From the NCBI GenBank assembly GCA_016791085.1, contig JAEUNN010000345.1, forward strand, positions 1 through 29,121: 29,121 nucleotides of DNA, given 5' to 3'. Made by a program: the position numbers and the translations under genes. The stretch is from Rhodocyclaceae bacterium (lineage in GTDB: Bacteria > Pseudomonadota > Gammaproteobacteria > Burkholderiales > Rhodocyclaceae). How positions within the stretch are numbered: the stretch's first letter is position 1; each line of letters starts with the position of its first letter. The notes beneath the pieces were generated by a model. It worked only from the letters and a program-made list of their open reading frames with translations. It was not told the origin of the DNA and did no database searches. Below, one piece after another: positions 27,609 to 29,121 of the stretch.

Positions 27609-27624
27609 TTTGGCGGAGAGGGTG
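27609..27624. repeat. Right 16-bp direct repeat (att-like) TTTGGCGGAGAGGGTG, overlapping the tRNA-Ser 3' end
   Basis: Perfect copy of 12058-12073. Includes the CCA-end and 3' acceptor strand of the tRNA. Confidence 0.6.
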
Positions 27625-27703
27625 GGATTCGAACCCACGTGCCGGTGTTACCCGACCATCCGATTTCGAGTCGGCGCCGTTATGACCGCTTCGGTACCTC
27701 TCC
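27611..27703 (-). tRNA. tRNA-Ser (anticodon CGA), type II with long variable arm, encoded CCA
   Basis: Minus strand: GGAGAGG-TA-CCGAAGCGGTCATAACGG-CGCCGA-CUCGAAA-UCGGA-long variable arm-CGTGGGTTCGAATCCCACC-CCTCTCC-G-CCA. 7-bp acceptor stem. Anticodon loop CU-CGA-AA. T-loop TTCGAAT. ~93 nt. Confidence 0.9.
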
Positions 27704-27789
27704 GGGAGGGCCGCTATTGTAGCAGCTTGGGCGGGCGCTGAGGAGGCGGTGGCGGGCCGGCTTGCGCGTCCCGCCCGCCACGCGGCCAG

Positions 27790-29097
<1,308 letters not shown>

Positions 29098-29121
29098 TTA
29101 TTTGCCGTCATCCTGAGCGCA

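Larger units (their letters stand above)
12058..27624. mobile_element. ~15.5 kb tRNA-Ser-integrated genomic (defence) island with degenerate integrase
   Basis: Bracketed by the 16-bp direct repeat of the tRNA-Ser 3' end. A P4-type integrase remnant is at the left end. Codon usage shifts abruptly inside: island genes use GAG/AAG/ATC/CTC, flanking host genes use GAA/AAA/ATA/CTG. The cargo is entirely defence-type genes. Flanking genes (rtcR, tRNA-Ser, serS) are housekeeping. Confidence 0.65.

Overview
High-GC proteobacterial chromosomal segment. Host codon usage favours GAA, AAA and, unusually, ATA; the genus cannot be determined from sequence alone.

The left 12 kb is core genome. It holds ppc, a PAS-containing methyl-accepting chemotaxis protein, and an Rtc RNA-repair locus. 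The locus has rtcR (+) divergent from a minus-strand operon. That operon starts with a candidate sigma-54 promoter, followed by two tandem tRNA-like RNA modules, an SPFH/band-7 gene, a small zinc-ribbon gene, rtcB and rtcA. This parallels the rsr-yrlBA-rtcBA arrangement of enterobacteria, with an SPFH protein where Ro60/Rsr would be.

At 12058-12073 and 27609-27624 a perfect 16-bp direct repeat (TTTGGCGGAGAGGGTG) matches the 3' end of an intact tRNA-Ser(CGA) at 27611-27703 (-). These repeats bracket a ~15.5 kb horizontally acquired island. Its codon usage differs clearly from the host (GAG, AAG, ATC, CTC). The island carries a truncated P4-type integrase, an N-terminal remnant only, and seven tightly packed, apparently co-transcribed defence genes.

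The first five genes are a DUF499-like P-loop ATPase, a small protein, a COG2865 Schlafen/AlbA_2-type protein, a DUF1156/COG1743-type Zn-ribbon adenine methyltransferase (WWARRP, DPTAGGGS and DPPY motifs), and a PLD-nuclease+SNF2 helicase fusion. This looks like the predicted but, to my knowledge, experimentally uncharacterised methylation-based R-M-like system of defence islands. It is distinct from BREX and DISARM.

The last two genes are a DUF4365(DREN)-containing ~460-aa protein overlapping the start of a ~480-aa protein, consistent with a SPARDA-like short-Argonaute pair.

The window ends with tRNA-Ser and serS. There is no CRISPR array or rRNA. Many long antisense ORFs are GC-content artefacts.
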